A DNA stretch of 64,000 nucleotides from Syntrophales bacterium (GTDB lineage Bacteria; Desulfobacterota; Syntrophia; Syntrophales; UBA2251), in assembly GCA_035358035.1 (NCBI GenBank), contig DAOPOS010000001.1, positions 37,189-101,188 on the forward strand, read 5' to 3'. Positions 27,656 to 37,946 of the stretch are shown piece by piece. Position numbers and translations under genes: made by a program. The stretch's first letter is position 1; each line of letters starts with the position of its first letter. The notes below the pieces were generated by a model. It was not told where the DNA came from. It did no database searches and was given only the letters and a program-made list of their open reading frames with translations.

Positions 27656-27746
27656 AAACCGCGGCCGGCCCGATCATGCGCCCTGCGGCAGCGCCCCTTC
27701 CGGCCCCGTCGGGTTTCCGGCGAGAGGTCCGGCGACCGGGAAACGG

Positions 27747-29768
27747 CTATTCCGCGGCCATCCCGACGACCTTGTAGTTGAATTCATAATTGAGCGCGCC
27801 GCTCCACTCCTTCGCGAAAATGCTTTTATAGCGGGTCCCGTAAACGGGTCCGACGGGTTTGCCGTACGTGTAAAACCAGTTGACGACCGGCTTCCCCGAA
27901 AAACCGAGGGCGATCCAGTAATTCCCCGCCGCCAGGACCGGCCGCTCCCGATCCGGGAAGGGGAAGGTCTCCCAGCGATAACCGGGCCGGCCGGAAATTT
28001 CCTCCAGGGCGACCATCTGCGTCGTGCACAGGATTTCGCCGGGCTGACCGTCCCGATCCTTGAACACATCCACCCAGAGATGTCCGTCTCCCCCGAAGTT
28101 GTGCAGTGCCAGCGCGATCTCATGGAGGGTCGCCGGTTTCGCCAGTTCGACCACCTGGGCGTACTGCGTCGCGCCGTGGGTGACGAACTCCGCCGTTTCC
28201 ACCAGAAAATTGCGTGACATTTCAAAGGAATCACCGCCTTTGGCCTGGGTCTCACGGGGAAACGCAAAGTTGACGCCCTCCGGAAATTCCAGATTGCCGT
28301 AAACAAAGGGCTTGTCATAGCGCAACGGCTTGGGGGGCACGGGCGCCGGCGCGGGCGGCACGGGAGCCGGGGGAGCGGGCGGCGGTTCCGGGGCGGGCTC
28401 AGGCGCCGGCACGGGCGGCGCGGGAACGGGTCCCGGGGCGGGCGGCACGGGAACAGGGGGCGCGGGCGCCGGTTCCGGGGCGGGAGCGGGTTCCGGTACG
28501 GGTGGCATGGGAACAGGGGGAGCAGGCGCCGGTTCCGGGGCGGGTTCGGGCGCCGCCACGGGAGGCGCGGGAACCGGTTCCGGGGCGGGCGGCATGGGAA
28601 CAGGGGGAGCGGGCGCCGGTTCCGGGGCGGGTTCGGGCGCCGCCACGGGAGGAGTGGGAACAGGTTCCGGCTCGGGCGGCGCGGGAGCCGGCTGAACGGC
28701 GGCCTCCTCCAATCTGGCCAGGACATTGGGACCCAAAAGCAGATTCTTGGGGCCGTAATTCTGCTGCTTGGCCGAAACCTGCGTCGAATCGGCCAGGAAG
28801 TTCCCACCGATGGTTTCCTGCAGCGTCGGCTTGGTGCGGGCCCCGGAACTCTGCGCCCAGCGCACCAGACCGTCATTTTTGGTCTCGTTGTTGTCCACGC
28901 CGACCTCGATGCGGACGAACCGGTTGGAAATGAAAAACTGCATGTTCTGCGGATCGTAGGGAACCCAACCCAGGTCGGGGAACCAGACTTCCACCCAGGA
29001 ATGCCGGCCCTGCCCCATCTTGAAGGTCAGCGTGCCCCTCTCCCAGGACACGTCGAACGGCTGATTCATCGTGACGCCGTTGACAATCCGCACCGGCACC
29101 CCCACGCTGCGCAACAGCGCGGCCGTCAGGTGCGAGTAGTTCTGGCAGTTGCCCTTGCCGGTCCGCAAGGAATAAAGCGCGTCATACTGCGCCGGGGGAT
29201 TGACGTACCGGACATGATCCACGACCCAGCTGACGACCTTCTGCACGGCATCGAACTGCGTTTTGACGCCCCCGGTCAGTTCGAGCGCCAGCGCCCGAAT
29301 GGCCGGATCCCCGGTTTGCACCAGTTTGGAGGCCTGCAGATAATCCTTCAGATCTTCGGGGGTGGACACGGCCGGGAAAGGCGCGGTGGATTGAATGGGG
29401 TTCAAGCCGGTCGTGGTTTGCGCGTCAAAGGCGATCGTGGCGTCAACCACCCGGGGAACGGTGTACCAGGTCGCCTGGATGATCTTGTTGCCGCGGGCGT
29501 TGGTCGAGGTGGTTTCGTCCTCGGCCTGGGGCGAAAACCGGACGTTGAAACGGGTGATCTTCTGTTTGTACGTCGGAGAGTCGAAGCTTTCGGGCACGAC
29601 GAAGCTCAGCATCAATTTTCTCATGGAATCGCCGGCCACGATCTGATGCTTGAGCTCGTAGTGGATGGTGGAGGCCATGTCGCCCTGAACCGTGAAATTC
29701 TCGGCCACCGCGGGGACGGCCGTCAGCATCATCAGGGCCGTGAAAACGGCCGCAACGGTTTTTTTCAT
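27747..29768 (-). CDS. Secreted transglutaminase-like protein with a long Pro-rich repeat linker and an unknown C-terminal domain
   Basis: Signal peptide MKKTVAAVFTALMMLTAVPAVA. Transglutaminase core GKGNCQNYSHL .. HSWVEVWF .. YDPQN. An (A/E/V)P-rich stretch of ~125 aa follows. Confidence 0.85.
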   Translation of the reverse strand: MKKTVAAVFTALMMLTAVPAVAENFTVQGDMASTIHYELKHQIVAGDSMRKLMLSFVVPESFDSPTYKQKITRFNVRFSPQAEDETTSTNARGNKIIQATWYTVPRVVDATIAFDAQTTTGLNPIQSTAPFPAVSTPEDLKDYLQASKLVQTGDPAIRALALELTGGVKTQFDAVQKVVSWVVDHVRYVNPPAQYDALYSLRTGKGNCQNYSHLTAALLRSVGVPVRIVNGVTMNQPFDVSWERGTLTFKMGQGRHSWVEVWFPDLGWVPYDPQNMQFFISNRFVRIEVGVDNNETKNDGLVRWAQSSGARTKPTLQETIGGNFLADSTQVSAKQQNYGPKNLLLGPNVLARLEEAAVQPAPAPPEPEPVPTPPVAAPEPAPEPAPAPPVPMPPAPEPVPAPPVAAPEPAPEPAPAPPVPMPPVPEPAPAPEPAPAPPVPVPPAPGPVPAPPVPAPEPAPEPPPAPPAPVPPAPAPVPPKPLRYDKPFVYGNLEFPEGVNFAFPRETQAKGGDSFEMSRNFLVETAEFVTHGATQYAQVVELAKPATLHEIALALHNFGGDGHLWVDVFKDRDGQPGEILCTTQMVALEEISGRPGYRWETFPFPDRERPVLAAGNYWIALGFSGKPVVNWFYTYGKPVGPVYGTRYKSIFAKEWSGALNYEFNYKVVGMAAE
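28330..28690. repeat. In-frame GC-rich tandem repeat encoding the Pro-rich linker, including a near-perfect 87-bp duplication
   Basis: The string ggcatgggaacagggggagc.ggcgccggttccggggcgggttcgggcgccgccacgggagg occurs at 28504 and again at 28591 with one mismatch. The 87-nt period equals 29 codons. Confidence 0.85.
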
Positions 29769-29825
29769 CGAGGGTCTCCTTCGCAGAAGATTTGGGGCAA
29801 AAAATCCGTCGCGCGTGCGCACCGC

Positions 29826-30716
29826 TCAACGGAGCGTCATCAGCACGAGCCGCGAGCCGGCAAGGGTCAGCCTTGTGAACTTGACATCGAAAATCTTCGA
29901 CCGGTCTTGCACATCGAGAAATTCGACAAAGACCTCCTGGGACGGCCCCATCCAGGCCTGCCGGAACTCCCGGGAGAAGTCCTCCCGGTACTCATCCTTG
30001 ATCAGGTCCCGCACCGGGTGTCCGATCAGCCCGTCCCGCGACCGGCCCAGATGCTCCATGACCTTTTCCGACAGGCCTTCGATCAGGCCGCCGTTATTCA
30101 GCAGAATCCCCATTTCTTCCTGGAACAACTGCTGCTTCAGCTGGTCCTTTCTCTCCCGCATCCAGGCATAGGCCAGACCCAGGGACCGGTTGGCCTCTTC
30201 GAGCTGTTTGTTCGCGGTCTTCAAGGCCTCCTCCGCGGCCCTGCGCCGGGTCACGTCCCTGGACACCCCGTAGAGTCGCTTCAGAACGCCCCGATCGTCC
30301 CGGATCCCGCTGATGATCGTCTCCAGCCAGCGGGTCGAGCCGTCCCGGTGATAGAATTCCAGGGTGAGGGTCACGCTCCTGTCGGGGTCGGCATCCCCCC
30401 GTTTTTCAAAGGCGAGCTCCCCGGACAGGGTCTCCATCGCCGTCGAGAGTGAGTCCAGCGTCAACTGCTCGTCGACGTTCTGGCGCAGGCGCTCTTCCGG
30501 GGTGAATCCCAGGACGGTCTCGATGGAGGGGGTGACATAGACCGTCCGCAGGTCCAGGTCCATGATCCACAGGATGTCGTTGATTCTGTCAGCCAGGAAC
30601 CTGTATCTTCGTTCACTTTCCCGCAGCGCCTCTTCCGCCCGCCGGCGTTTGGCGGATTCTTCCTCGAGGGCCCGGATTCTTTGCCTCAGGTCTTCATCGC
30701 TGGGTTTTCTGACCAA
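29826..30716 (-). CDS. Coiled-coil/tandem PAS sensor protein without an output domain
   Basis: The N-terminal module is LRESERRYRFLADRINDILWIMDL..GVSRDVTRRR. It is paralogous to the PAS of the GGDEF protein at 10346..11392. The apparent start is TTG. Confidence 0.75.
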   Translation of the reverse strand: MVRKPSDEDLRQRIRALEEESAKRRRAEEALRESERRYRFLADRINDILWIMDLDLRTVYVTPSIETVLGFTPEERLRQNVDEQLTLDSLSTAMETLSGELAFEKRGDADPDRSVTLTLEFYHRDGSTRWLETIISGIRDDRGVLKRLYGVSRDVTRRRAAEEALKTANKQLEEANRSLGLAYAWMRERKDQLKQQLFQEEMGILLNNGGLIEGLSEKVMEHLGRSRDGLIGHPVRDLIKDEYREDFSREFRQAWMGPSQEVFVEFLDVQDRSKIFDVKFTRLTLAGSRLVLMTLR

Positions 30717-30744
30717 AGGAGGATCTCCCGTTGCTCCACCTGCC

Positions 30745-31308
30745 TTAGATGACCCTGACGATCTCCGGGGCGTGCCGCTCGGACGCCGGCGGAACGGCGG
30801 TCGGATAGCCGAGAATGAGCGGGGCCACGATGCGGCAGCCTTCAGGAACGCCCAGCTCCGCGAGAACCTTCGGGTCCTTCAGGTGCGCCCCCAGGCCGAT
30901 CCAGCAGGTCCCCAGGCCCCGGGCCGTCGCCGCGAACATGAAGTAGGCCGCCGTCAATCCGCAATCGACGTCCAGGGACCGTACGTCGTCCGGGCCGAGA
31001 ATGAACACGAGGCAGGGGGCGTTGTAGAAGACGTTGACCTGCTCGTCCCGCAGGTAGGTCTCGTACGCCTTCAGGGGCGAGTCGGGATTCCGGTCGAGAT
31101 CGGCCAGCAGCGTCCGCCGGCTCACGTCCGAGAGCCTCCGCATCCGTTCCCGGTCGCGCACGACGATGAACTTGCAGGGCTGGCGGTTGCTGGCCGTCGG
31201 GGCGAGGCAGGTTTCCCGCAGGATCTCCTCCACCACGGACAGGGGCACCTCCCGGTCCTGGAAGTCCCGGATGGCCCGTCGCTGTTTCAGAAGCGTCTCA
31301 TAATCCAT
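30745..31308 (-). CDS. Nitroreductase family protein
   Basis: MDYETLLKQRRAIRDF..APTASNRQP is the typical nitroreductase N-terminus. Confidence 0.85.
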   Translation of the reverse strand: MDYETLLKQRRAIRDFQDREVPLSVVEEILRETCLAPTASNRQPCKFIVVRDRERMRRLSDVSRRTLLADLDRNPDSPLKAYETYLRDEQVNVFYNAPCLVFILGPDDVRSLDVDCGLTAAYFMFAATARGLGTCWIGLGAHLKDPKVLAELGVPEGCRIVAPLILGYPTAVPPASERHAPEIVRVI

Positions 31309-31346
31309 GGCTGACTCCCTCCCGAAGTGAATCGTCCCCGATCTCG

Positions 31347-31565
31347 TCAACCGTCGCCCGGAGTGCCGCCCCCCGGGGATGCCGGCTGCTTCGGAATGAT
31401 GAGCCACATCCCGAGATAGGCGAGCAGACCGAACCCGAAGGAGAAGATGACGAGCAGCAGGAACAGGACCCGGATCAGGGTCGGATCGCGATCGACGTAC
31501 GCGGCAATGCCGCCGCATACCCCGCCGATCTTCCGGTCGTCCGTTGCGAGATACAACCGTTTCAT
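31347..31565 (-). CDS. PspC-domain membrane protein
   Basis: RKIGGVCGGIAAYVDRDPTLIRVLF is the PspC signature, followed by one TM segment. Confidence 0.85.
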   Translation of the reverse strand: MKRLYLATDDRKIGGVCGGIAAYVDRDPTLIRVLFLLLVIFSFGFGLLAYLGMWLIIPKQPASPGGGTPGDG

Positions 31566-31593
31566 GACTGATGGCCCTCCCCCGGCGGCGGCC

Positions 31594-32208
31594 TCACAGG
31601 CCGAGCAGTTCCTCCGGCCGGTCGAACAGATGGTCGGGCCCGGCGGCGGCCAGCTTTTCCCGGCCGTGCCAGCCCCAGGCGACGGCGACGGTCTTCACGC
31701 CGGCCTCCCGCGCCTCGAGGACGTCGCCGACGGTGTCCCCGATGTAGAAGGTCCGGTCCGCCGCCACCCCGAACGCCTCCAGGGCGTGGTTGATCTTGTC
31801 CACCTTGCTGAAGAGGAAGTCGGACCCGAAGATGTCCTGAAAATAGCCGTCGTATTGAAATCGCTTGAGCATCGCCCGGATCGTCGGGGTCCCGTTCGAG
31901 GAGATCACGGCGAGGAGGTGGTCCCGGTGGAGCGCCGCCAGGACGGGCGCGATGCCGGGGAAGGGGGCGAGGGTATCGTAATTGAAGCGGGGGAGAATCT
32001 CGTGAGCCGCCCGGGCGAAGGCCAACAGGTCGACGCCCCGTTCGGCCATCGCCTCGTAGAAATTCCCCTCGAACAGGGCGAGGTAGTCCTCCCGGGTCCG
32101 GACGATCGGCGTCCCGATCTCCCTCAGGCACGCCCCCACGGCCTGAACGTAAAAGTCCAGCGAATCCACCAGCACCCCGTCGAAATCGAAGAGAAACAGT
32201 TTTTTCAT
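31594..32208 (-). CDS. HAD-family hydrolase (phosphoglycolate phosphatase-like)
   Basis: DFDGVLVDS motif I and GDTVGD motif IV. Confidence 0.85.
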   Translation of the reverse strand: MKKLFLFDFDGVLVDSLDFYVQAVGACLREIGTPIVRTREDYLALFEGNFYEAMAERGVDLLAFARAAHEILPRFNYDTLAPFPGIAPVLAALHRDHLLAVISSNGTPTIRAMLKRFQYDGYFQDIFGSDFLFSKVDKINHALEAFGVAADRTFYIGDTVGDVLEAREAGVKTVAVAWGWHGREKLAAAGPDHLFDRPEELLGL

Positions 32209-32278
32209 GAGATCTCCATTACACCAAAAACCGGCCCGCGGGCAAGGACCGAATCGGCGGTCGGCGCGGCGGGCGCGC

Positions 32279-33289
32279 TCACATGCCGGCGCCGGCGAGC
32301 CGGAAGGCCCGGCGGGTCAGGTCGGCCGGGAGCAGCTCCTGCTTCATCTGCTCCGTCAGGGCCCCGACGCCCAGATACTGGCCGGAGGCCGCCGCCACCG
32401 GTTCGAGGCCGCCGTCGGAACGAACCGCCGCCGCGCCGCCGGAGGCCCAGAAGAGCTGCCGGGAGCGGGCGTTGCCCCGGACCTTCTCCCCCCTTCCGAA
32501 AACCAGGAGCGGTTCTCCGACCGCGATGTCGCGATAGAACGTATAGCTCGCCCTCACGGTCACGCCGCCGCTCGCGGCCAGGAGAAAGCCGCCCCAGCCG
32601 ATGATCTCATCCAGCAGGGCGACCAGGGGAAGGGGATGAAGGCGCCCGTGGCGCTGAAACCGCCAGAAGGCCGCCCCGTCGTCGCCCAGGCATCCGATCG
32701 GGCAGACGACTGTCGCCGGGCTGTCCGGCACGTCCGGAACGTAGAAGCGACGGCCGAGACCGGGCTGCCGGCGGGCGATCCCGCAAACGAAACAGTCCCG
32801 GTAGGACGGCAGGTCCAGCAGCCGGCGGGCCCAAGCGTCGATCCGGGCGGGCAGACCGGCCGGCACGCCTTGCGCGGCGGCCGGGGCCTCGCCCCCGAAG
32901 CGGACCGCCGCTGACAGGTAGGGGGGCGATCCGGGGTCTTTGACGATCGAACCCCGGGCGCCGTTCTCCGTGGCGGTCACCTCGACCGCGAGTACATCTC
33001 CCAGCCGGGCGCTTGCGCCGCCCATGCGGTAGTCGATGGCCCAGGGATAGGGGCCGAACGGGCCCGGACGATCCCCCGTCAGGGCCATGGCGAGGTCGGC
33101 CACGGCGCCCATCGCAATGCCCCCGTGCGGGATCCCCACCCACCCCTGTTTTTTGTCGTCCATTACGATGACGGAGCGGAGCGTTCGCCCGTCACGCCGG
33201 ATGCCGGCGGATCCGAACAGGAACGTCCGGACGAAATCGCCCGCCTCGCCCCCCGTCACCGCTTCACGGATCCCAGACGCCTGCGCCAC
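32279..33289 (-). CDS. Double hotdog-fold (PaaI-like thioesterase) protein
   Basis: GIPHGGIAMG in the first half and LLDEIIGWGG in the second. The track start is GTG and is uncertain. Confidence 0.55.
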   Translation of the reverse strand: MAQASGIREAVTGGEAGDFVRTFLFGSAGIRRDGRTLRSVIVMDDKKQGWVGIPHGGIAMGAVADLAMALTGDRPGPFGPYPWAIDYRMGGASARLGDVLAVEVTATENGARGSIVKDPGSPPYLSAAVRFGGEAPAAAQGVPAGLPARIDAWARRLLDLPSYRDCFVCGIARRQPGLGRRFYVPDVPDSPATVVCPIGCLGDDGAAFWRFQRHGRLHPLPLVALLDEIIGWGGFLLAASGGVTVRASYTFYRDIAVGEPLLVFGRGEKVRGNARSRQLFWASGGAAAVRSDGGLEPVAAASGQYLGVGALTEQMKQELLPADLTRRAFRLAGAGM

Positions 33290-33361
33290 CGGAACCTCTC
33301 GCGCGTTGTCGTTTCCTCCCGGCCGGACGGGTTCCTCGGCCCGCTTCGATTCGCCGCCCGG

Positions 33362-34474
33362 CTATGGCCCGTCCCGGTCGTCCGGCCGCCGCAGGGGCGG
33401 CGTCAAAACGCCGTCCTCCGTGATGATGGCCGTGATGTAGCGGTGGGGCGTCACGTCGAACGCGGGGTTGTAGACGGCGATCCCCTCCGGGGCGGTGGCG
33501 ACGCCTGCGAAGCGCGCCACCTCCGCCGGATCCCGCTCCTCGATGGGGATTCCCGTGCCGTCCGCCAGCGAGAAATCGACCGTGGACCACGGCGCGGCCA
33601 CGTAGAACGGAAGCCCATGCGCGTGCGCTAGGACGGCGAGCGCATAGGTTCCGATCTTGTTGGCCGTGTCGCCGTTGGCCGCGATCCGGTCCGCCCCGAC
33701 GATCACGAGGTCGATTTTCCCCTGCTGCATGAGGAAGCCGGCCATGTTGTCCGTGATGAGCGTACAGGGGATCCGCTCCCGCGTCAGCTCCCAGGCCGTC
33801 AGCCTCGCCCCCTGGAGGACGGGGCGCGTTTCGTCGACATAGACGTGGAACGCCTTGCCGGCCTCCCGGGCCGCCCGGATCACCCCCAGGGCCGTCCCGT
33901 AACCGGCCGTGGCGAGGGCCCCGGCGTTGCAGTGCGTGAGGATCCGGGCGCCGTTTCCGATGAGGACTCCGCCGTGCCGTCCGAGCCGGCGGTTGATGGC
34001 GAGGTCCTCTTCCCCGATCCGGATCGCCTCGGCGACGAGGGCGTCGCAGACCGCCCGCAGGCGGTCCCGTTCCCCCCGCTCCCGCGGGCCGGACCCTGAG
34101 CCTGACGGGGCGGCGGATCCTGCCGTCTCCGCCAGCGCCGCGTCGCAGCGGCGCTGCATCCGCTCGATCGCCCAGAACAGGTTCCGGGCCGTGGGACGGG
34201 CGGCGGCGAAGTCCCCGCAGAGGCTCCGGAAGACCTCCCGAAACGCGTCGGCGGAGGCGGCGTCGAGACGGCGGGCGCCCAGGGCGATCCCCAGGGCGGC
34301 AGCGACGCCGATGGCCGGCGCGCCCCGGACGGTGAGATCGCGGATCGCTGCGATGACCTCGCGGTAATCGGTGCAGGTCACATAGCGCTCCGCGCGGGGA
34401 AGCGCCTTCTGGTCGAGCAGGACCACGGCGTCATCCTGCCAGAAAAGGGTGCGGATCGCGTCTTCCATGTCCAT
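33362..34474 (-). CDS. mtnA: S-methyl-5-thioribose-1-phosphate isomerase (eIF-2B alpha/beta/delta family)
   Basis: LDQKALP.., [22 protein letters not shown] and [19 protein letters not shown] motifs. Confidence 0.9.
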   Translation of the reverse strand: MDMEDAIRTLFWQDDAVVLLDQKALPRAERYVTCTDYREVIAAIRDLTVRGAPAIGVAAALGIALGARRLDAASADAFREVFRSLCGDFAAARPTARNLFWAIERMQRRCDAALAETAGSAAPSGSGSGPRERGERDRLRAVCDALVAEAIRIGEEDLAINRRLGRHGGVLIGNGARILTHCNAGALATAGYGTALGVIRAAREAGKAFHVYVDETRPVLQGARLTAWELTRERIPCTLITDNMAGFLMQQGKIDLVIVGADRIAANGDTANKIGTYALAVLAHAHGLPFYVAAPWSTVDFSLADGTGIPIEERDPAEVARFAGVATAPEGIAVYNPAFDVTPHRYITAIITEDGVLTPPLRRPDDRDGP

Positions 34475-34540
34475 CCATCAGCCCGGCGCGGGCGGGGCGG
34501 GAACGAAGGGGGTCGCGCGGACGCCGCCCCCCGCGCGCCG

Positions 34541-35977
34541 CTACCGGTCGGCCGCAAGCCTCTTTTGCAGGAGATCGTTGATCAGCTGGGGATTGGCCTT
34601 CCCCTGCGTCGCCTTCATGACCTGGCCCACGAAGAAGCCGAAGAGCTTGTCCTTGCCGGCGCGGTACTGTTCGAGCTGACCGGGATGCCTGGCCAGGATC
34701 TCGTCGATGACCGGGACCAGGGCGCCTTCGTCGGTGATCTGGACCATCCCCTTTTCCCGGACGATGTCCTCCGGGGGCCTGCCCGTCCGGTACATCTCCT
34801 CGACGACGTCCTTGGCCATCTTGCCGCTGATCGTCCCGTCCTTGATCAGCGCGATCATGGCCGCCAGGGCCTCGGGCCGGATGGGGCAGTCCCGGATATC
34901 CCGCTTTTCCTCATTCAAAAACCTAAGGACGTCCCCCATGACCCAGTTGCTCGCCGTCTTCGGCTCGCCGGAGAGGCGGACGACGGCCTCGTAGTAGTCC
35001 GCGAGCGCCCGGCTGGACGTGAGCACGCCGGCGTCGTAGGCGGGGATGCCGTAGTCTTCGAGGAAGCGCTCCCGCTTCTCCGGGGGCAGCTCGGGCAGGC
35101 CGCTGCGGACGGTCGCGATCCAGGTTTCGTCGACCTCGACCCGGACCAGGTCGGGATCCGGAAAGTAACGGTAGTCGTGGGCCTCCTCCTTGCCGCGCAT
35201 CGAGTGGGTCACCCCCGCGGTGTCGTCCCACAGCCGCGTCTCCTGCACGACCTCGCCGCCCCCCTCGAGGACGTACTGCTGGCGCTTGATCTCGTAGTCC
35301 AGGGCGCGCTGGACGTTCCGGAAGGAATTCATGTTCTTGAGTTCCGTCCGCGTGCCGAAGGCCTCCGTCCCTTTCGGGCGGAGCGAGATGTTGGCGTCGC
35401 ACCGGAAGGAGCCCTCCTCCATGTTCCCGTCGCAGATCTCGAGGTAGACGAGGGTTTCGTGGAGGCGCTTCAGATAGGCCACGGCCTCCTCGGCGCTCCC
35501 AATGTCCGGTTCGCTCACGATCTCGATGAGCGGCACGCCGGTGCGGTTCAGATCGACGTAGCTCCAGGGGTTGTACTCGTCGTGGATGAGCTTCCCGGCG
35601 TCCTCCTCCATGTGGATCCGGGTGATCCCGATCCGTTTCTTCCCCCCGTTCGAGTCGATGTCCACGTGGCCGAATTCGGCGAGCGGCTCGGCGAACTGGG
35701 AGATCTGGTACCCCTTGGGAAGATCGGGATAGAAATAGTTTTTCCGGGCGTAGCCGCACGCCGGATTGATCCGGCAGTCCGTCGCCAGGGCCATCTTCAT
35801 CGCGAACTCCACGACCTTGCGGTTGAGGACGGGCAGGACACCCGGCATGCCCAGGCAAACCGGGCAGGTGTGGGTGTTGGGGGCGGCCCCGAACTGGGTG
35901 GTGCAGCCGCAGAAGATCTTCGTATCCGTCAGGAGCTGGGCGTGGACCTCCAGCCCGATTACCGGTTCGTATTCCAT
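34541..35977 (-). CDS. gatB: Asp/Glu-tRNA(Asn/Gln) amidotransferase subunit B
   Basis: [21 protein letters not shown].. is the canonical GatB N-terminus. Its ATG shares one base with the gatA stop (TGATG). Confidence 0.95.
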   Translation of the reverse strand: MEYEPVIGLEVHAQLLTDTKIFCGCTTQFGAAPNTHTCPVCLGMPGVLPVLNRKVVEFAMKMALATDCRINPACGYARKNYFYPDLPKGYQISQFAEPLAEFGHVDIDSNGGKKRIGITRIHMEEDAGKLIHDEYNPWSYVDLNRTGVPLIEIVSEPDIGSAEEAVAYLKRLHETLVYLEICDGNMEEGSFRCDANISLRPKGTEAFGTRTELKNMNSFRNVQRALDYEIKRQQYVLEGGGEVVQETRLWDDTAGVTHSMRGKEEAHDYRYFPDPDLVRVEVDETWIATVRSGLPELPPEKRERFLEDYGIPAYDAGVLTSSRALADYYEAVVRLSGEPKTASNWVMGDVLRFLNEEKRDIRDCPIRPEALAAMIALIKDGTISGKMAKDVVEEMYRTGRPPEDIVREKGMVQITDEGALVPVIDEILARHPGQLEQYRAGKDKLFGFFVGQVMKATQGKANPQLINDLLQKRLAADR

Positions 35978-37434
35978 CAGAGCTTCGGTCTCCTTTTGGT
36001 GAAATTCGCGTGCTTCTCGTAGGCGGCGGCGATCTGGAGGAGCTTGCCCTCCGCGAAATGCGCCGTCTGGAACTGGACGCCGACGGGCAGTCCGGCGGCG
36101 GTATAGCCGCAGGGCACGGAGATGCCGGGGATGCCGGCCAGATTCGTCGAGATCGTCAGGATGTCCGAGAGGTACATCTGCAACGGGTCGTCCGTCTTCT
36201 CGCCGATCCGGAAGGCGGGCGTCGGCGTCGTGGGCGTCACGAGGGCATCGCAGGTCCGGAAGGCCGCGTCGAAATCGTTCTTGATCAGCGCGCGGACCTG
36301 GGAGGCCTTCTTGTAGTAGGCATCGTAATAGCCCGAGGACAGGGCGTAGGTCCCGAGCATAATCCGTCGCTTCACCTCTGCGCCGAAGCCGGCGGAGCGG
36401 GACTTCTTGAACATCTCCATCAGATCCCGGCCGTCCGGCGACCGGTAGCCGTACCGGACGCCGTCGTAGCGGGCCAGATTCGACGACGCCTCCGCCGGGG
36501 CGACGATGTAGTACACCGCCAGGCAGTGTTCCGTGTGGGGGAGGGACACCTCGATGCATCGCGCCCCCAGGCCCTCGATCACGCCGATCGCGTCGCGGAC
36601 GGCCCGCTCCACCTCCGGATCGAGCCCGGCCACGAAGTACTCCTTCGGGATCCCGACGGTCCAGCCGTCGATGCCGCGGCCGAGAAACGCCCGGTAATCG
36701 GGTACGTCCTCCGGAACGGACGTGGATTCGCGCGGGTCGTAGCCGGCGATGACGTTCATCAGGATGGCCGCGTCTTCGACGTCCTTCGTGAACGGGCCGA
36801 TCTGGTCGAGCGACGAGGCGAAGGCGACCAGTCCGTAACGGGAGACGCGCCCGTAGGTCGGCTTCAGGCCGACAACGCCGCACAGGGCCGCCGGCTGGCG
36901 GATCGAACCGCCCGTATCGGACCCCAGGGCCGCGATGCACGCGTCGGCCGCCACCGCCGCCGCCGAACCGCCGCTCGAACCGCCGGGGATCCGGTCGAGG
37001 TCCCAGGGATTCCGCGTCAGCCCGAAATACGATGTCTCCGTGGAGGAGCCCATGGCGAACTCGTCCATGTTCGTCTTACCCGTGAAGACGGCCCCGGCCG
37101 CGGCGAGTTTTTCCACGACCGTGGCGTCGTAGGGCGGGACGAAGTTTTCGAGGATGCGCGACCCGCACGTCGTCCGGAAGCCCCGGGTGCAGAAGATGTC
37201 CTTGAGGGCGATGGGGATCCCGGTCAGCGCCCGGAGGTCCCCGTCCCGGATCGCCCGGTCGGCCCGGTCGGCCTGGGCGAGGGCCGGCTCCTCCAGCAGG
37301 GTGATGTAGGCGTGGACCTCGGGCTCCACGGCCCGGATGCGGTCGAAGACGGCGCGGGCGAGCGCCCCCGCGGTGACCTCTCCGGCCTTGAGTCTGTCCT
37401 GCAGTTCATGAATCGTCAACGCGTAAAGTTCCAT
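35977..37434 (-). CDS. gatA: Asp/Glu-tRNA(Asn/Gln) amidotransferase subunit A
   Basis: Amidase signature [12 protein letters not shown], with the start at [12 protein letters not shown] after GAGGAGGA. Confidence 0.95.
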   Translation of the reverse strand: MELYALTIHELQDRLKAGEVTAGALARAVFDRIRAVEPEVHAYITLLEEPALAQADRADRAIRDGDLRALTGIPIALKDIFCTRGFRTTCGSRILENFVPPYDATVVEKLAAAGAVFTGKTNMDEFAMGSSTETSYFGLTRNPWDLDRIPGGSSGGSAAAVAADACIAALGSDTGGSIRQPAALCGVVGLKPTYGRVSRYGLVAFASSLDQIGPFTKDVEDAAILMNVIAGYDPRESTSVPEDVPDYRAFLGRGIDGWTVGIPKEYFVAGLDPEVERAVRDAIGVIEGLGARCIEVSLPHTEHCLAVYYIVAPAEASSNLARYDGVRYGYRSPDGRDLMEMFKKSRSAGFGAEVKRRIMLGTYALSSGYYDAYYKKASQVRALIKNDFDAAFRTCDALVTPTTPTPAFRIGEKTDDPLQMYLSDILTISTNLAGIPGISVPCGYTAAGLPVGVQFQTAHFAEGKLLQIAAAYEKHANFTKRRPKL

Positions 37435-37507
37435 ATCCTCCTCGATGTTCGCCGGGACGCCGTCCGGCGCCCCGATCGGGGGCGTCCGTCCGGTGCGGGC
37501 GACCCGC

Positions 37508-37795
37508 TTATTCGATGACCTTGGGGACCCGGAAGAACTCGCCGCGCGGGTCCGGGGCATTGGCGAGGGCCTGCTCGCGGGGGAGCGATTCCCGGACGAG
37601 GTCCTCCCGGAAGGCGTTGGTCCGGGCGATCGCGTGGGTCATGGGCGCGACGTCCCGGGTTTCGACCTGGTTGAGCTTGTCCATGTACAGCAGGATGTCG
37701 TTCAACTGGGACGTGAATTTCTCCGTCTCCGCCTCGCCGAACTCGAGCCTGGCCAGGTGGGCGACGTGTTCCACTTCCGCTCGGGTAATCTTCAT
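37508..37795 (-). CDS. gatC: Asp/Glu-tRNA(Asn/Gln) amidotransferase subunit C
   Basis: 95 aa, [19 protein letters not shown].. is the typical GatC sequence. Confidence 0.95.
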   Translation of the reverse strand: MKITRAEVEHVAHLARLEFGEAETEKFTSQLNDILLYMDKLNQVETRDVAPMTHAIARTNAFREDLVRESLPREQALANAPDPRGEFFRVPKVIE

Positions 37796-37946
37796 GAAAA
37801 ATCTCCTTCAAAAAAGGCTGCCGCTTGCCTCTGCATATACACGATGCGTGCCAACGGGTCGTGGTTATGAGAAATTTACTTCAAAAACATGGCCGGGGGC
37901 AGCGGACGACCGGGGCGAAGGGACCCGGTCCCCCTGCCCCCGGCCT

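Noticed and set aside
28330-28690. Possible CRISPR-like or other non-coding repeat array
   Set aside because: The repeats are contiguous with no unique spacers, preserve a reading frame (87 nt), and lie inside a well-supported CDS.
28330-28695. 121-aa plus-strand Gly/Ala-rich ORF (GAGGTGAG..)
   Set aside because: It is the reverse-complement reading of the Pro-rich repeat of the transglutaminase-like gene, so it is an antisense artefact.
34541-36940. 799-aa track ORF extending GatB far upstream
   Set aside because: GatB homology starts at [12 protein letters not shown] (ATG at 35977). The upstream part overlaps gatA in another frame and is Arg/Pro-rich.
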